Of a DNA stretch of 64,000 nt, positions 61,091-64,000 are shown piece by piece. The stretch spans positions 3,598,001-3,662,000 of the forward strand of contig NW_024704743.1 in assembly GCF_018977255.1 (NCBI RefSeq), written 5' to 3'. The stretch's first letter is position 1. Each line of letters opens with the position of its first letter. A program made the translations under genes and the position numbers. This DNA comes from Callorhinchus milii. Its lineage: Eukaryota. The notes beneath the pieces are model-generated. The model was not told where the DNA came from. It saw only the letters and a program-made list of their open reading frames with translations, and ran no database searches.

Positions 61091-62015
61091 CTCTTTTATT
61101 ATTAAAAGATAATTATTATTATTGTTGTAGCATAATGTTGGAGTGGAGTTTCTGTTGGAAAGTGGGCCCCCAATGCGCTTTACAAATACCTTTGCTGCAC
61201 GTTGAAATAACGTTGTGATGGAGTAAAGGGAGCTTGTGTTATACCTGACCTGGGCCGTATTTGAATCAAATAATGGATGGCAAAGGTAGAAAGGACATCC
61301 TCTTCCCCGTGGTATTATCTCCCTCCTCCTGATAAGGGCACAAGTCAACCCCAAAATGTGTTATGGAATAAAAAAAAATCAATGTAAAAAAAAAATGAGA
61401 CAATTCACACTCGGGAACAACACATAGCATTGCAGTCGCTATTCAAACTCTTCACACATGTGGTGGTGCTGACAGCAAGTAGAGGATACTGAATGCCTTG
61501 CGGCACTCTGTCACATACAAATATATCAAAATTGTTCTGCATCTGTATTAATAATGAACAAGGTCCCTGAGGGCATTACATTCAGGTTCGACCCTAGACA
61601 CAACACAGCAAAGCGATGCAGTGTTACTAAGAAACCGAAAATACTGCGTAGACCGATATGCATCGTGACAGTTGAAAACAGAGAAGGACGTTTCTAAACA
61701 TTATAGATGCTCAAAATATTTTTTTGCTGTAGTTTAGATGGAACAGGAAAAGCAAAGAGATGAAAAAAAAACCGACGCGGCGAGTGTCCTGGGAGGAATA
61801 GTCCGAGCTCGTCAGAATTCTTTCAGAGCGGGTGGCTGATCTCGGTTGTAAAGTTGATGGAAGCAATGCACGTAGAGGTAACAGTAGCATTAGAGGCACG
61901 ACGTAGGTTTCGATGTGGTAAAAGGCTACAGTTCACACATTCCTGTACACTACAGCAAAACATCTCTACGCGTAAGTTCACTACTACGTAAAAATCTCTA
62001 CACGTAAGTTTGTGG

Positions 62016-62047
<32 letters not shown>

Positions 62048-62179
62048 CTGTGTCCAGCATCAAGCAACACTTCAGCTTCGACACTGCCAGGCACTGACTG
62101 CTTGAATTGCCCCCTCTTGTTGGTCATTCAGGAGGTGGCGTTGATAATAAAGAGAGAGTTTGCTGTTTTGTGGCGTTTG

Positions 62180-62490
62180 CCACGTCAAAACGTTTCAAAG
62201 CACTTCACGGGTAATTGCTGGTGTTGCAGGCAGTTATTTGTGTCCGCATTAGCCACAGCCATGAGGCGAATAATCAATTTATCTGTCGGACTGTAGCTCT
62301 CTGCCCCTTTTTATGTGGAACCTTTAATGGCCGACCATCAGAAGAACAGGCAGACGGGACTTTGGATCAACATCTCATCCGAACGAGGGCAACTCCGATA
62401 ATGCATCCCGAATGTCATTCAAGAGTAACAGTTCAGGGGCTGACGTAATAGTCTTTTGAACCTGCAAACCACTGACTCAGAGGGTCAGCG
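62180..62490 (-). mobile_element. Older DeuSINE, decayed
   Basis: gaacaggcagacgggac...aacatctcatccgaacgagggcaactccga; tttgaacctgcaaaccactgactcagag. Confidence 0.7.
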
Positions 62491-62504
62491 GGGCGGGGGG
62501 GCGG

Positions 62505-62759
62505 AGAAACCTTGGGCAAGTTTCCTTACCCCCCCACCTACACGCCTGATAATAATGCCTCAAGAAAACGAAACAATAATAAATTGGTCACTTCGATCCA
62601 CGGCTGTTTGTGGGACGCCGCTGTGCGCAATTGGCTGCCGCGTTTCGCCCACAAATGCACAGTCAATTCACTTTGCAGTATATTCTGGTGAAGCGCTTTG
62701 AGACGTCTCCAAGACGTGACAAGGCGCTATATCAAATGCCAGGAATATTATTATGATTA
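62505..62759 (+). mobile_element. Young SINE, 5'-truncated deletion variant
   Basis: gaaaccttgggcaagtttcc...acacgcctgataataat...gagacgtctccaagacgtg. Confidence 0.9.
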
Positions 62760-64000
62760 CTGATCAGTTCTTTTGAGTTACGACGAAGAACATGCAGAGG
62801 AGAAAGAGGACAATTGGGGGTTAAAAAAAAGAAAGCTTTGATGTGCCGTCGATGAGCTCTCCCTGAGTTGAAATTAAAAGGCACTTAGAGGAAAACTGTT
62901 TTCACTGGCCATCAGTTGCAACCTGAAAGGTCTTTTTCATGGTGATTAATTAGAAGCCGAAAAAAGTGAGGTTTAATGAACTAGCTGAATGGTTTTCAGT
63001 AGTAGCATCGCAGGTTAATGGACAGTGGCTTTCCTTGAGTAAGTGTTATTACTACAGTCCATAATTTCATCTTGAAAATGGATCAGGGAGTGAATCTTCC
63101 TCTTAGTAATTGAGTATTGATTTGAAAATAAATGATAGTGTAACTCCCCCTGAACTGCAGGACAGCGTATAGGTTGCGACGAGAAATGACTTCTAGCTCG
63201 TGTGTAAGTCGTGGATCAGGGTGATGGAGTTTCACTTAACCATTCTGCGGTAATCGCAGTTCCACTGGAATATTCCTTTTATTACTGCTGTTGGACGTGC
63301 GAGCCGACACAAAACATAAACTTCAAACAAATAAAAAGCGCCGTGTCACCCACAGGGTTGTGAAAGCTACGTTCGAACCAGAGCAAAGTTATTTTTTTTA
63401 CACAATGTGCTCTGCTGACAAGCAAACCGTTGAAATAAAAGTGCTCTCGGCTTATAATTTTTCAGTGGACAACAGAACAGAGGTCTATTCATCACTTTCG
63501 TACAGTGTTTGAAAACCCATTTCCACCCCCCTCCCCCTCCTGTGCGGAACAAGGTGCATTATTCTTGCAAACGGCAGTGACATGGTACGTGTGACATAAA
63601 CCTGTTTGCTCAGTCCTGACGAGATCGGTTTTACACTCCCTGGTCAGCTACCTGCATGGTCTGATTAGGTCCACGCAACATTAAGGAGATGATACCTTTT
63701 CTTTTTTGTAAGTTCTTCGTTTTACGAACGGTGACTTTGATAACACCGGCACCCACCTGAGCAGAGCAGTATTGGGAATCTTACTGCTGGTTGACTAAGA
63801 CGGTCTGATGTAGCCGTACAAGGAAGCTGCCTTTCTCGGGTGAGGAGTGGATCCTGCTTAACCTGTTCCAGACACTCGCAGCAGATTTGAAATTAGTCAT
63901 AAAAGAATTAGTGGTGTCCTCTTTTTCACAATGTTCCAGCGGTAAATATGGCATTGGATCAGTGGTATAAAAATTGCTCGACCCCAGGGTGCATCCTTCT

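Noticed and set aside
61950..62010. Repeat-spacer (CRISPR-like) pattern atctctac.cgtaagtt x2
   Set aside because: Only a two-unit local tandem duplication in eukaryotic DNA, with no cas genes

Overview
Non-coding, repeat-rich vertebrate DNA. The repeat inventory points to a cartilaginous fish, probably a holocephalan such as Callorhinchus (inference). I found no supportable host exon or RNA gene in 64 kb, so this is probably a large intron or gene desert. The main components are: (i) about 30 full or partial copies of a young tRNA-Ala-headed SINE with a CORE-like middle, a Deu-like 3' part and an L2-type tail, in long and short subfamilies; (ii) about 12 copies of an older DeuSINE; (iii) many L2 and CR1 LINE fragments and one decayed RT of another clade; (iv) LF-SINE-like and AmnSINE2-like relics; (v) a Penelope-type end carrying a minimal hammerhead ribozyme with one core mismatch (3783-3819); (vi) an unclassified ~550 bp dispersed family in 4 copies and a palindromic MITE-like family; (vii) a pre-miRNA-sized hairpin (56704-56762); (viii) several repeat-free, motif-rich blocks that look like conserved enhancers. 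Family names come from recall of consensus motifs, not database searches. Boundaries of decayed copies are approximate.
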